A stretch of 64,000 nt of DNA from Novosphingopyxis sp. Lineage in GTDB: Bacteria > Pseudomonadota > Alphaproteobacteria > Sphingomonadales > Sphingomonadaceae. A program made the position numbers and the translations under genes. The notes under the pieces were generated by a model. That model searched no databases, was not told where the DNA came from, and saw nothing but the letters and a program-made list of their open reading frames with translations. Location of the stretch: NCBI RefSeq assembly GCF_965218915.1, contig NZ_OZ244711.1:8529-72528 (forward strand). Direction: 5' to 3'. How positions within the stretch are numbered: position 1 is the stretch's first letter; each line of letters opens with the position of its first letter. Of this stretch, positions 8,607-17,926 are shown piece after piece.

Positions 8607-8817
8607 CCCCAGTCACCTCATAGGCCCAAAAACGGCCAACCTCATTCTGTTGCGCAAACCTTCGTTTGAACGACATAAATGGCCCTGAGTAGGAACAAGG
8701 GCTTACGTGTTGCGCTATGCTGTTGCTCTTGGTGATGCCATTGCAACAGAGTTCTGCGACATGTTTGTTATTCGTTCTGCGAGTTGGCCGTTTTTCAACC
8801 TATGAGGTGACTGGGCC
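8607..8817. repeat. MITE-like unit: ~34-bp imperfect terminal inverted repeats flanking a 143-bp AT-richer core
   Basis: The left arm 8607-8640 (CCCCAGTCACCTCATAGGCCCAAAAACGGCCAAC) is the reverse complement of the right arm 8784-8817 (GTTGGCCGTTTTTCAACCTATGAGGTGACTGGGC), apart from a 4-nt patch and 1 indel. Confidence 0.4.
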
Positions 8818-8837
8818 TTGCGGAAAGGTTCGTCCAA

Positions 8838-9416
8838 TTGTGCAATGACTTTGGCAATCGCATTCCGTACGACGACTACGTCGAGGCATTCAGCCAGACA
8901 CGACTGCCGCTGAAGGTGCCGGCCGCGATCCCGAACTTCGAGCCGCGGGACGACATCTGGCCGACCGACACGGCGCCGGTCCTGCGCTTGGCCGAGGGCG
9001 GCGTCGAGCTCGTGCAACTACGCTGGGGCTTCGCGCCAGGTCGGCCCAAGGCGGGGCCGGTGATCAATTTCCGCTCGGAGGGACGCCGGTTTTCGAATGG
9101 ACGCTGTATTATTCCTGCATCCCACTTCTTCGAGTTCAGCGGGGCTAAGGCGCCGAAAAGCAAGTGGCGGTTTACCAAGACGGGCGAGGATTGGTTCTGC
9201 TTCGCCGGGCTATGGCGTCCGGAGACGGACGATGTGCTCGAGGCCTTTACGCTGCTCACGACGGCGCCAGGGCCTGACGTTGCCCCGATCCACGACCGTC
9301 AGATGGTGGTGCTGGAGCGCGCCGATTGGCTGGCCTGGCTCGAGCTATCGCGCCCGGAAGCGGAACTGCTGAAGCCCCTGCCCGCTGGCAGCCTGCACGT
9401 CGAACAGGTGCGGTAA
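8838..9416 (+). CDS. SOS response-associated peptidase (SRAP; YedK/HMCES family)
   Basis: 192 aa. A TTG start gives Met-Cys2-Asn (catalytic N-terminal Cys). LRWGFAP, INFRSE, RCIIPASHFFEF and CFAGLW are typical SRAP blocks. Confidence 0.9.
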   Translation: MCNDFGNRIPYDDYVEAFSQTRLPLKVPAAIPNFEPRDDIWPTDTAPVLRLAEGGVELVQLRWGFAPGRPKAGPVINFRSEGRRFSNGRCIIPASHFFEFSGAKAPKSKWRFTKTGEDWFCFAGLWRPETDDVLEAFTLLTTAPGPDVAPIHDRQMVVLERADWLAWLELSRPEAELLKPLPAGSLHVEQVR

Positions 9417-9684
9417 GCCGATGGGTCACCAAGCCCTCTCCTCGGTCAGGACCCGCCCACGCCTGCCTCCTCATGGCCTGATCTGGCCGCAGGACGGCTG
9501 ACGCCTCGATCGCCTCTGCCGCAATGGCGGCCGGGCAACTTTCTTCCCCTGAGCTTCGCCCGCCCGCCCGCCATCTTCGCTCTGCTCCGGCTCGTGCCGA
9601 GTGCGTTGTCGATCGCCTGCGGCCTGTCGAATCGCCATCGGAGGCCGCGATGGGCGCGGTCCCGAGACAACAGGAGAGAGCACC
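9417..9684 (+). repeat. structured intergenic element, copy A (3' stem arm lost; RBS plus ATG retained)
   Basis: Near-identical to 40228-40524, including the 35-nt invariant box (9478-9512) and CAGGAGAGAGCACCATG. The DUF736 ORF expected after the ATG at 9685 is replaced by unrelated DNA. Confidence 0.7.
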
Positions 9685-9687
9685 ATG

Positions 9688-9854
9688 ACCGCCCCGCCCC
9701 GTGTGGCAAAAGCGCGTGCGGTCGCGAGGCCGATGCCAGATGCGGCCCTGGTGACCAGGACGCGAGCGGCGGTGGCGGGCTGGCTGGCGCTCAAGCGGTG
9801 CTCCTCGCCGGTGTTGGTCAAAATTTGGATCGAAGCTACGGCGCTCGCCGTCAC
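9688..9854 (-). pseudogene. short-chain dehydrogenase (SDR) 5' fragment truncated at the element junction
   Basis: The minus-strand translation ...ARVLVTRAASGIGLATARAFATRGGAV shows a Rossmann TGxxxGIG-type motif and stops being SDR-like exactly where element copy A begins. Divergent from the GntR gene. Confidence 0.45.
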
Positions 9855-9898
9855 GTGGTCGATGCCCGGCAGACAAGCCGCACCGAACCGGAGTAGGT

Positions 9899-10582
9899 TT
9901 GCTCATGCTCGCCGTTTCGGATTCAAGCACCGCCGCCGTCCAACATCTGGAGCACAATCCGCTCTACGAGCGCGTGTACCGGGAGCTCCGCCGCATGCTG
10001 ATGGAGGGCGCCTTCGCCCCGGGCGCGGAGCTGACGCTGCGCTCGCTGGCCGAGGGATTCGGTACCAGCGACATGCCGGTGCGAGACGCGGTCCGCCGCC
10101 TGATTTCGGAAGGTGCGCTGATCGGCCGCCCGAACCGGAGCCCGGTCGTGCGCCAGCTCACCCGCGTGCAATTCGAGGAGGTGCGGGACGTGCGCATGTT
10201 GATCGAGGGCGGGGCCACCGCCTCGGCGTGCGCCGCCTTATCTGCCGAGGGCTTGGCGAGGCTGCGCCAACTGCAACGTGACTTGAGCGGCGCGGAACCG
10301 TCTGATCTGGCCTTGCACCGCACCCTCAATCGGCGCTTCCACTTCACGATCTATGAGGCTTGCGCCATGCCGCTGCTGGTCTCGATGATCGAGACGCTGT
10401 GGCTGCAGGTCGGCCCGCTGTTCCGCAGCCTTTCCCTCCCGCTGCTCCGGCGAGACCTGCCGGACTATCATTGCCTGGCCGTAGACGCCCTGGCCGACCG
10501 CGACGCCGGAGCCGCTGCCGCCGCGATCCGCAACGATATCAGCGCCTCTGCAGCCGTCGTCCTGGCCAGCTCAGCGATCTGA
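9899..10582 (+). CDS. GntR family transcriptional regulator (FadR/FCD-type C-terminal domain)
   Basis: LYERVYRELRRMLMEGAFAPGAELTLRSLAEGFGTSDMPVRDAVRRLISEGAL is a GntR winged HTH. The helical C-terminal domain follows. The start may instead be ATG 9905. Confidence 0.85.
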   Translation: MLMLAVSDSSTAAVQHLEHNPLYERVYRELRRMLMEGAFAPGAELTLRSLAEGFGTSDMPVRDAVRRLISEGALIGRPNRSPVVRQLTRVQFEEVRDVRMLIEGGATASACAALSAEGLARLRQLQRDLSGAEPSDLALHRTLNRRFHFTIYEACAMPLLVSMIETLWLQVGPLFRSLSLPLLRRDLPDYHCLAVDALADRDAGAAAAAIRNDISASAAVVLASSAI

Positions 10583-11015
10583 GCGGCAATCCGGCCGGCG
10601 TGTGCGAGCGATCGGGAGATGCCGCGACAGTAAGGTTGTCCCAGTTCAATGGACACCGCAGCCTTCGCGAGGGTTTAGTCATGCCGAAGACCCGTTCACC
10701 GTATTGACCTAGCCAGAATGTTGACTCGATGCGGTCTGGGCGCGGCCCGTCTTACCTGACCCGCGAATTCGAGCCATCTGCGCAGGCGAGCCGGAATTGG
10801 CCTGTCTAGACGACGTGCAAAGGTCGCATTTTTGTGACCCATGGGCGTATATTCCGATTGCGTTCGATCAAATATCTAAGTTACGCTAAACGCTATTCGC
10901 AGGCATTAGGGCGAACAAAACCATATGTTTCCTCGATCGAGCCGAAAATGGAATGTGTATCGGAGGAGGGTGCTTCACCTCATTCGGCACTCAAGCAGAA
11001 CATTAGGGCGTTATC

Positions 11016-11933
11016 TTGGAGGCTATAATGGCTTCAACTTCGTTGGACGTCGGTGTGACGCCAGAAGAGTTCGCGCAACTGTCGCCCCATCCTCCGGTCT
11101 TCTCCACCGAGGCACAATTCTACCAATTTGCAGCGATTCAACGCTACAAATCGACCTCCAACACACACACTGCCCCGGCCACGCGCTGGCACCGGTTCTC
11201 ACTCCATCTCGCAGGATCGATGCTGGTTGAGAACACGTGCGATGGTCGCTGGGTGCGGCATTGGTCGGAGGGCGGAGAAAGTTACATCAGGCCCGCTGGC
11301 GTGCCTGTCACCCGGTCCCATAAAGGCCGGCCCGACTACCTCTCCGTCCACATTAATCCTAGCCTGGTGGACCGTGTGGCGGTCGAGGCCTTCGAGCGTG
11401 ACCCTTCGCATATCAACCTTATCGAGCGCTCTGGCGCCAAGGATCCCCTGCTGAACCAGTTAGGTCGACTGCTGCTGGCCGAGGCAGAGACGGTCCAGTC
11501 GAGCCTGCGGCTGATGGTCGAAACGTTAATCACCTCAATCTCAGTTCAGTTGTTGCGCGGCCATTCCAACTTGGCGCAGCAGGAAGCGCCGGGGCTTGGC
11601 GCCGAACTGTCCACCGCGAGGCTGCGACGGTGCATTGACTACATGCATGCTCATCTCGACGACGATCTGTCGTTGGTTCGCCTTGCGAAGGTGAGCGACC
11701 TCAGCCCTTCGCAATTCGCACGCGCCTTCAGGGTTGCGACAGGAGAACCGCCCCATCGTTACGTCATCCGGCTACGGATCGAACGGTCGTGCGAGCTGCT
11801 GGAGCACACCCAAATGCCGATCATCGAGATCGCTTTAAGATGTGGCTTCGAGCAACCCACACATTTTGCAACCACGTTCCGAAAAGCGCTCGGCCTCACG
11901 CCTCGCGCTTGGCGAGTCGCGCGCCGCCTCTGA
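11016..11933 (+). CDS. AraC family transcriptional regulator
   Basis: C-terminal dual HTH: LSLVRLAKVSDLSPSQFARAFRVATGEPPHRYVIRLRIERSCELLEHTQMPIIEIALRCGFEQPTHFATTFRKALGLTPRAWR. Confidence 0.85.
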   Translation: MEAIMASTSLDVGVTPEEFAQLSPHPPVFSTEAQFYQFAAIQRYKSTSNTHTAPATRWHRFSLHLAGSMLVENTCDGRWVRHWSEGGESYIRPAGVPVTRSHKGRPDYLSVHINPSLVDRVAVEAFERDPSHINLIERSGAKDPLLNQLGRLLLAEAETVQSSLRLMVETLITSISVQLLRGHSNLAQQEAPGLGAELSTARLRRCIDYMHAHLDDDLSLVRLAKVSDLSPSQFARAFRVATGEPPHRYVIRLRIERSCELLEHTQMPIIEIALRCGFEQPTHFATTFRKALGLTPRAWRVARRL

Positions 11934-11996
11934 AGCTGATACCGCACCCGTCAGCTAACCCGGTCTTGGAACGTGACGCCGACTGGCAGGATCGGA

Positions 11997-12968
11997 TCAT
12001 AGGTGGAGCACACACCGCCCAAGGTGGTCGCGACGCCGCATCTGCTTCACGGCCAAAGCAACTGCGGTCCAGGATGCTTCGACTTCCACGTGCGGCGTGA
12101 TCGATCGCGTGGCGACGAGAATGGACAATCGATTAAGTGCTTCCGCCGCTGGCTCCCGGCGGAGAGAGGCGGTCAACGAGAATCCGCGTAAGCGGCCCCT
12201 GCGTGCCGCAATTAGGTCGAGGACTCCAGTCGGGACAGATCGGGGGACAGACACGCTGCGCAGAACACAGACGCCGCCGGGCCGCAGAAGGTTTGCCGCG
12301 GTCTCAAGCGGGCTGTCGACATTTTTGTGGAGGATTATGTCGTACGGCCCGAACTCACTCGCGCCGGCCAAGTCGCCTACTATGACGTGGTCGGCCCCGT
12401 AGTCTTCAAGAAGCACTTCGTGCTCACGCGACGGCACTGCGGCCGAGACGCAGGCCCCAGATGCCCGCGCAAGTTGAACCGCGATCAGGCCGACATGATC
12501 CGAGGATGCCGTGATCAGCACGCGTTTGGCCGTCAGCAGACCGCCAGCCTGGCCGAGAGTGCGCAACGCCGTCAGTCCTGACGTCGGTAGCGCTGCAGCG
12601 TACGAAAAGCCGACCTTGTCCGGGATGGTCGCGAGTGCATTGGTAGAGACCGCGACGCGCTCCTTCAACGCGCCGGTGCGGACCAGCCCAAGCACCCGCG
12701 CGCCTGTAGCGGGACCCGAACCATCCTTAGCCGCCGTCTCGACGACACCCGCGAAGTCGTGCCCGAGCTGAGCTCCGTCCGGGGCTGATTGCACAGCCGA
12801 CTCAATCTCGTCGAGCGTGAGCGAAACCGAAGCCACACGGACGAGCGCCTCATTAACACCGGGGGTGGGCGCCGACACCTCACGCACAACGAGACAGCTC
12901 GACGCCGATCGGTCGACCAGCATTGCACGTATTGTGGGCGGAGTTGCCACTGACTTAGCACTTTCCAA
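11997..12968 (-). CDS. zinc-type alcohol dehydrogenase / quinone oxidoreductase-like (MDR superfamily) protein
   Basis: 323 aa with a GroES-like N-terminus (EALVRVASVSL...GHDFAGVV) and a Rossmann part (KRVLITASSDHVGLIAVQLARASGA). Confidence 0.75.
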   Translation of the reverse strand: MESAKSVATPPTIRAMLVDRSASSCLVVREVSAPTPGVNEALVRVASVSLTLDEIESAVQSAPDGAQLGHDFAGVVETAAKDGSGPATGARVLGLVRTGALKERVAVSTNALATIPDKVGFSYAAALPTSGLTALRTLGQAGGLLTAKRVLITASSDHVGLIAVQLARASGACVSAAVPSREHEVLLEDYGADHVIVGDLAGASEFGPYDIILHKNVDSPLETAANLLRPGGVCVLRSVSVPRSVPTGVLDLIAARRGRLRGFSLTASLRREPAAEALNRLSILVATRSITPHVEVEASWTAVALAVKQMRRRDHLGRCVLHL

Positions 12969-13106
12969 TCAGTCGTAGTCAGCATCGCTGAGGCTTGGAA
13001 GCTGCGTCCCTGATGCATGTCGATGTATGGTATAAAATTTATATTCCTGCCGTTTTCGCTATCCGAGCGCAGACTTCGTTTTCCGGGCGCGAAGGTTGGC
13101 CATGCC

Positions 13107-13144
13107 GGGGTAGGTTGAGGATACGTGTAAAAAGTGGTCACAAG
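13107..13144. repeat. Tn3-family left terminal inverted repeat
   Basis: GGGGTAGGTTGAGGATACGTGTAAAAAGTGGTCACAAG, the exact reverse complement of 16849-16886. Confidence 0.9.
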
Positions 13145-13806
13145 ATCTGAGGTTGAATGGCGCGGGCGCGTTTGGCGATCTCGCCGACGATGCCTCGGCT
13201 GGCCCGGTTGGCAATTTGCTTTTGGATCGCTCGGACGCTGAGGTCGGTGGACGTTGCGAGGGCCTCGATCTCATTGATGACGCGCTGCGGCGTGCCGGGC
13301 CGCCCAAGGTGCCGGCCACGCGACTCAGCTGCTCTCATGCCGGCGGTGACGCGCTCGCTGATGAGCGATGATTCCAGCTCGGCCATGGCGCCGATGATGG
13401 TGAACATCGCCCGGCCCATCGGGCTATCGGTGTCGATCTGATCCTGGACGCTCACGAAGCGAACCCCGAGGTGATCGAACTCTTCCAGCGCCGCCAGCAG
13501 GTGGCGCGTGCTGCGGGCGAAACGGTCGAATTTCCACACCAGCACGCAGTCGATCTCTTGGTTGCGCGCGGCGGTCATGAGGGCGTTGAGCTGGGGCCGG
13601 CCCTCTCTGCGCCCTGACACGGCCACGTCGCAGTAATCCTGCACGATTTCGAGGCCGGCGCGCGCGGCATAGCCGCGCAGGCCGTCATACTGCAGGTCCG
13701 GCTTCTGGTCGGCGGTCGAAACCCGGAGGTAGAGGGCGGTGCGGGTGCCCTGGTGCGCCCTGGGTCCCGGGCGCTTGCGTCCAGAAAGGTATTCCTTCGC
13801 GGACAC
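13138..13806 (-). CDS. tnpR: Tn3-family resolvase (serine recombinase)
   Basis: ALYLRVSTADQKPDLQ (catalytic Ser region), VWKFDRFARS, and a C-terminal HTH. Start set at in-frame GTG 13806. The ORF-track ATG at 13902 would overlap tnpA. Confidence 0.85.
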   Translation of the reverse strand: MSAKEYLSGRKRPGPRAHQGTRTALYLRVSTADQKPDLQYDGLRGYAARAGLEIVQDYCDVAVSGRREGRPQLNALMTAARNQEIDCVLVWKFDRFARSTRHLLAALEEFDHLGVRFVSVQDQIDTDSPMGRAMFTIIGAMAELESSLISERVTAGMRAAESRGRHLGRPGTPQRVINEIEALATSTDLSVRAIQKQIANRASRGIVGEIAKRARAIQPQIL

Positions 13807-13882
13807 TGGACGGCCCCCTGCTAACCCCTTCAAACAACATAGCCTGCCCCGCCGCTTCGGCGCACCCTTTTCCGGACACCTC

Positions 13883-16855
13883 ATGACCGCCATCGACCGC
13901 ACAGCCTACCCACGCCCGGAAGCAGGGCTGACCCGGGAGGAGTTGGGCGAGCGATATCACCTGAGCGAGCCCGAACTCGCCTTCATCCACGCGAGTGCCC
14001 GCCGCGACACCGGCCGATTGCTGCTGGCTATGCTGCTCAAGTCTCGACGGGATTTCGGGTGCTTTCCTGCGCCGGACGCAATCCATGCGGATACAGTCCA
14101 GCACCTGGCGGCGCAGCTTGGGGTTGCCTCGTGCCAGACCTTGGCGGACGAGATGCGCCGGACCAAGTCGCTCTACCGCTACCAAGCCGCGGTGCGGTCC
14201 TACCTGGGCCTCAAGCCGTATGATGACGGAGCGGGGCGCTTCGTCACAGGCACCGTGCTCGAAGCCGCCGAAACCATGAGCGATCCGGCCGACCTCATCA
14301 ACCGGGCCATCGAAGCCCTGCAAACAGCAGCGATCGACCTGCCCGCGTTCAGCACGCTCGACCGGCTGGTGAGCCGGCTGCGCGCCGAAGTCCATGGGCG
14401 CATGTACGACCGTGTTGCAGCCCGGGTCACGGCCGAGCACGCCGCTGTGCTGGATGCCTTGCTGATCAAGCTGACCGGTAGTGTCATCACCGGATTCAAC
14501 CGGCTGAAGCAGGCACCGGGGCCTGCGACCCCCAAGACGATCAGGCTCTGGACCGAGCGCCTTGAATGGCTGGATGGCCTGATCGATCCCGATCCGCTGT
14601 TGGATAGCATCGCGCACACCAAGCTGCGCCAGTTTGCTGCCGAAGCCGCTGCTTCGGAGGTGAGTGACCTGCTCGACATCGCCCAACCCGGCAAACGTGA
14701 CACCCTCCTGCTCGCCTTGCTGCGCCAAGTTCGCATGCGGTGCCGCGATGAGCTGGTCGAGATGATGTTGCGCCGCATCCGGCGCACCCAGGCTCTGGCC
14801 AAAGAACAGCTCGAGGAACTGCATGACCAGCATCGCGCGACCGAGGAAGACCTGATCGGCATCTTCGGCGAGGTGCTCGAGACAGAGCAGGCGCACGGGA
14901 CGGATGCCGCGTTCGGGCGCCAGGTCCGGGATCTCCTCTCCAAGCAGGGCGGCGTCGCCAAGCTGGCGCAGCAGTGCGAGACGGTGTCCGCCTGGCACCG
15001 CGGCAACGACCTTCCGCTGCTGTGGCCTATCCACGCCAAGCACCGCGTCCTGCTGTTCCGGCTGCTCGATCTCACAAACGTCCAGTCGGCAACGCAGGAT
15101 CGCAGCCTGCTGGACGCGCTGGCTGTCGTGAGCAGCCTTCGCCACACCCGCCGCGACGATGTGGACGGCGGCATCGACCTCGGGTTCGCGTCTCCGCGGT
15201 GGCAGGCGTTCGTCACCAGACGCCGGATCAGGCCGGGCGCCATCGACCGGCGTGCGCTTGAGGTGTGCGTGTTCGTCCACTTGGCCGACGCCCTGCAGAC
15301 CGGCGACCTGTTCATTGTCGGGGCCGAAACCTTCGCCGACTACCGCGCCCAGCTTCTGCCCTGGGCCGAGTGCGAAGCGCGGCTGCCCGCCTACTGCGCC
15401 GCACTCGGCATCCCCGAACGGGGCGAAGACTTCGCCGCCGCCCTGAAAGCGGAGCTCACGACGCTGGCCGCCACCGTCGATGCCGGCTTTCCGGCCAACA
15501 CCGAGTTCACCGTGGATGCCGAGGGGACGCCCCATCTGAAGCAGTTGGCGTCGACGGAGCAGCCAGCCGGGCTGCCGGAGTTCGAGGGCGAGATCCAAGC
15601 CCGCCTGGAAGAGCGCCATCTCCTCGACATCCTTAGGCGCACCGAGCACTGGTCGCGCTACACCCGCCACTTCGGGCCACCGTCCGGCGCCGACCCCAAG
15701 CTCGCCCAAGCCGTTCAGCGCTATTTGTTCACCGTGTTCGGCTACGGCTGCAATCTCGGCCCCAGCCAAACCGCCCGGCACGCGCCAGAGGTGGCCACGG
15801 CGCAGGCGCTGCGCCGGATCAACGCGCAGCACGTCACAGGGGCCAAGCTGGAAGCGGCAATGGTGGACGTCATCGACCAGTACGCTCGGTTCGCGCTGCC
15901 GCGGCACTGGGGCGGCGGACGCGCCGCCATTGCCGACGGCACGCATGTCAAACTGCGGGAAAACAACCTGCAGGGTTCCCGGCACATCCGTTATGGCGGC
16001 TATGGCGGCATCGCGTACCACCACGTCGCCGACAATTACATCGCGCTGTTCACCAGCTTCATCCCATGCGGGGTATGGGAAGCCGTCCACATCCTCGACG
16101 GCCTGCTGAAGAACAGGTCCACCATCCAGCCCGACACGCTTCACGCCGATACCCAGGGTCAGTCGGAACCCGTGTTCGGCCTGTGCCGGCTGCTCGGCAT
16201 CAAGCTGATGCCGCGTATGCGTGGCCTGGGCGACACGGTTCTGTACCGGCCGGCCAAGGAGACCCGCTACGCTCATATCGACGCCCTGTTCACCGGCGAG
16301 ATCGACTGGGATCTGATCGCCACCCATCAGCGGGACATGATCCAGGTCATGCTGTCCATCCAGGCCGGGCGGGTCATGCCCTCCATGCTGCTGCGCAAGC
16401 TTGGCACCTACAGCCGCCGCAGCCGGCTCTACCGCGCCTTCCGCGAACTTGGCCGCGTCGAGCGCACCCTGTTCCTGCTGAGCTTCTTCTCCAGCACCGA
16501 GGTCCGTCGGGTTATCCGCGCCGAAACCACCAAGGTCGAGGCCTACAACGACTTCCTGGACTGGGTGTCGTTCGGCGGCCCGGTGATCAAGAGCGGCGAC
16601 CCCGTCGAACAGGAGAAGCAGCTCAAATACGCCAGCCTGGTCGCCAACGCCGTCATGCTGTCCAATGTCGCGGACCTGACGCGCGTCCTGTCCGACATGG
16701 CTGCCGATGGACACCCGGTCACGCCCGCCCTGGCCGCTTCCCTCAGCCCCTACATGCGCCGCCACATTCTACGGTTCGGCCGATACGCGCTCGACATGGA
16801 CAGCCTGCCAGAGCCGCTCGACCCACAGCCGCTCCCCTTCGAGCAGGCCTTGTGA
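13883..16855 (+). CDS. tnpA: Tn3-family transposase
   Basis: About 990 aa starting MTAIDRTAYPRP. DUF4158-type N-terminus and a DDE Tn3 C-terminal region (..ADGTHVKLRENNL..YGGYGGIAYHHVADNYIALFTSFIPCGVWEAVHILDGL..HADTQGQSEPVFGLC..). Confidence 0.9.
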   Translation: MTAIDRTAYPRPEAGLTREELGERYHLSEPELAFIHASARRDTGRLLLAMLLKSRRDFGCFPAPDAIHADTVQHLAAQLGVASCQTLADEMRRTKSLYRYQAAVRSYLGLKPYDDGAGRFVTGTVLEAAETMSDPADLINRAIEALQTAAIDLPAFSTLDRLVSRLRAEVHGRMYDRVAARVTAEHAAVLDALLIKLTGSVITGFNRLKQAPGPATPKTIRLWTERLEWLDGLIDPDPLLDSIAHTKLRQFAAEAAASEVSDLLDIAQPGKRDTLLLALLRQVRMRCRDELVEMMLRRIRRTQALAKEQLEELHDQHRATEEDLIGIFGEVLETEQAHGTDAAFGRQVRDLLSKQGGVAKLAQQCETVSAWHRGNDLPLLWPIHAKHRVLLFRLLDLTNVQSATQDRSLLDALAVVSSLRHTRRDDVDGGIDLGFASPRWQAFVTRRRIRPGAIDRRALEVCVFVHLADALQTGDLFIVGAETFADYRAQLLPWAECEARLPAYCAALGIPERGEDFAAALKAELTTLAATVDAGFPANTEFTVDAEGTPHLKQLASTEQPAGLPEFEGEIQARLEERHLLDILRRTEHWSRYTRHFGPPSGADPKLAQAVQRYLFTVFGYGCNLGPSQTARHAPEVATAQALRRINAQHVTGAKLEAAMVDVIDQYARFALPRHWGGGRAAIADGTHVKLRENNLQGSRHIRYGGYGGIAYHHVADNYIALFTSFIPCGVWEAVHILDGLLKNRSTIQPDTLHADTQGQSEPVFGLCRLLGIKLMPRMRGLGDTVLYRPAKETRYAHIDALFTGEIDWDLIATHQRDMIQVMLSIQAGRVMPSMLLRKLGTYSRRSRLYRAFRELGRVERTLFLLSFFSSTEVRRVIRAETTKVEAYNDFLDWVSFGGPVIKSGDPVEQEKQLKYASLVANAVMLSNVADLTRVLSDMAADGHPVTPALAASLSPYMRRHILRFGRYALDMDSLPEPLDPQPLPFEQAL

Positions 16856-16886
16856 CCACTTTTTACACGTATCCTCAACCTACCCC
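16849..16886. repeat. Tn3-family right terminal inverted repeat
   Basis: CTTGTGACCACTTTTTACACGTATCCTCAACCTACCCC. Confidence 0.9.
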
Positions 16887-16891
16887 ATGCC

Positions 16892-17314
16892 GACCTGAAG
16901 AACCGCCTGCCTGCTGCGACGTGACGCGCGCGGCTCAGAGTCCATTCCGGATCGGTTGTTTGATGGGCCGGTCTGTAGCAAGATGTCGCTGGACGCGGCG
17001 TAGAGAACGATCCGACGATCTCGGCCGCTGCCCCGAGGTGTTTTGCCGGTTGCCTGTTCCGACTGAACCAGTGAGGAACAGCTCAACAACCCAACGCTTT
17101 GCCTTGTCGGTCAGCGACCGATCATTAGAAAGTCGGCAACCCCACTCGCCAGATACGTTCGGGCTAAGCCGGACCACTGCTTCGTCAACCCGCTTAGGGT
17201 CACGGCCGGTGATTACCATTTGCGCACCTTCGTCAATGGACCGTTGTGCAGCCGCAAGTTCTACGGCTGTGGATCCGCCGCCACGACGGCCGTTTTTCCC
17301 GCAAGACGCTGCAT
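16892..17314 (-). pseudogene. decayed SDR-family oxidoreductase, frameshifted and interrupted by the Tn3 element
   Basis: From ATG 17314, MQRLAGKTAVV is followed after a frame change by GGGSTAVELAAAQRSIDEGAQMVITGRDPKRVDEAV. This is an SDR N-terminus split over two frames. The remainder is degenerate and abuts the transposon. Confidence 0.4.
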
Positions 17315-17404
17315 GATCGAAAGACTTTCCGTCTGGGTGACAGCCGTCAACACGGTCGATCAAAGCAATCCGAATTGCGCTGCCCCTATGAAGCTCTTGG
17401 CGGC

Positions 17405-17926
17405 TCAACCCGTGTTAGGGAAGATGGGTCGAAGCATGCCCGATGCGACCTCGACCGGAGCCGCATCGATGAGTATGAAAGCCGTCACCGCCGGTTTTGT
17501 GCTGCGGTTCATCCAGGTGTGTGTGCAACCGCGCATGATCACGACATCTCCCGTCTTGAGATGCACGACTTCGCCGCTGTCCAGTTCGAGGTCGATCTCG
17601 CCCTGAAGTACCACGTCATAGTCGGTCGTCTGCGTGCGATGGGTAAAGCGGGGGTGGCCGGGTCCCCATTCGGTTATTCTGAACGCCGTGCCTTGCCCGC
17701 TGCCGACGTAGTTATAGTCGTTGTGGACCTTGATATAGCCCTTGCGCTGCGCCGGGTCGGCCCCCGGCGCATTGTCGACCGGCATCGTGTCCGTCGACCA
17801 TAGTTCGGATCCCGTGACGTTCTTTCCGATCCCCCGCGATGCGGCGGGAAGGCGTTCGTCGCTGATGACGACGCTGGCGCCGTTCTCGTCATTGGCGACG
17901 ACGATCCTACGAACTTCCATGGTCAT
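17405..17926 (-). CDS. cupin domain-containing protein
   Basis: 173 aa. HRTQTTDYDVVLQGEIDLELDSGEVVHLKTGDVVIMRGCTHTW is a cupin beta-barrel motif. Confidence 0.7.
   Translation of the reverse strand: MTMEVRRIVVANDENGASVVISDERLPAASRGIGKNVTGSELWSTDTMPVDNAPGADPAQRKGYIKVHNDYNYVGSGQGTAFRITEWGPGHPRFTHRTQTTDYDVVLQGEIDLELDSGEVVHLKTGDVVIMRGCTHTWMNRSTKPAVTAFILIDAAPVEVASGMLRPIFPNTG

Larger units (their letters stand above)
13107..16886. mobile_element. minimal Tn3-family transposon (tnpR and tnpA only), 3780 bp
   Basis: Perfect 38-bp terminal IRs starting GGGG, and a 5-bp direct duplication ATGCC at 13102-13106 and 16887-16891. tnpR and tnpA are divergent with a ~75-bp res-type spacer. Both genes end inside the IRs. 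Confidence 0.9.

Noticed and set aside
9601-10281. 226-aa plus-strand ORF running from element copy A across the GntR gene.
   Set aside because: It begins in non-coding repeat sequence. After the relic DUF736 ATG at 9685 the sequence is unrelated to DUF736 and overlaps the well-supported GntR frame. It is interpreted as a junction artefact.
13685-16765. 1026-aa minus-strand ORF across the transposon.
   Set aside because: It is antisense to tnpA and has no motifs. It is a high-GC frame artefact.
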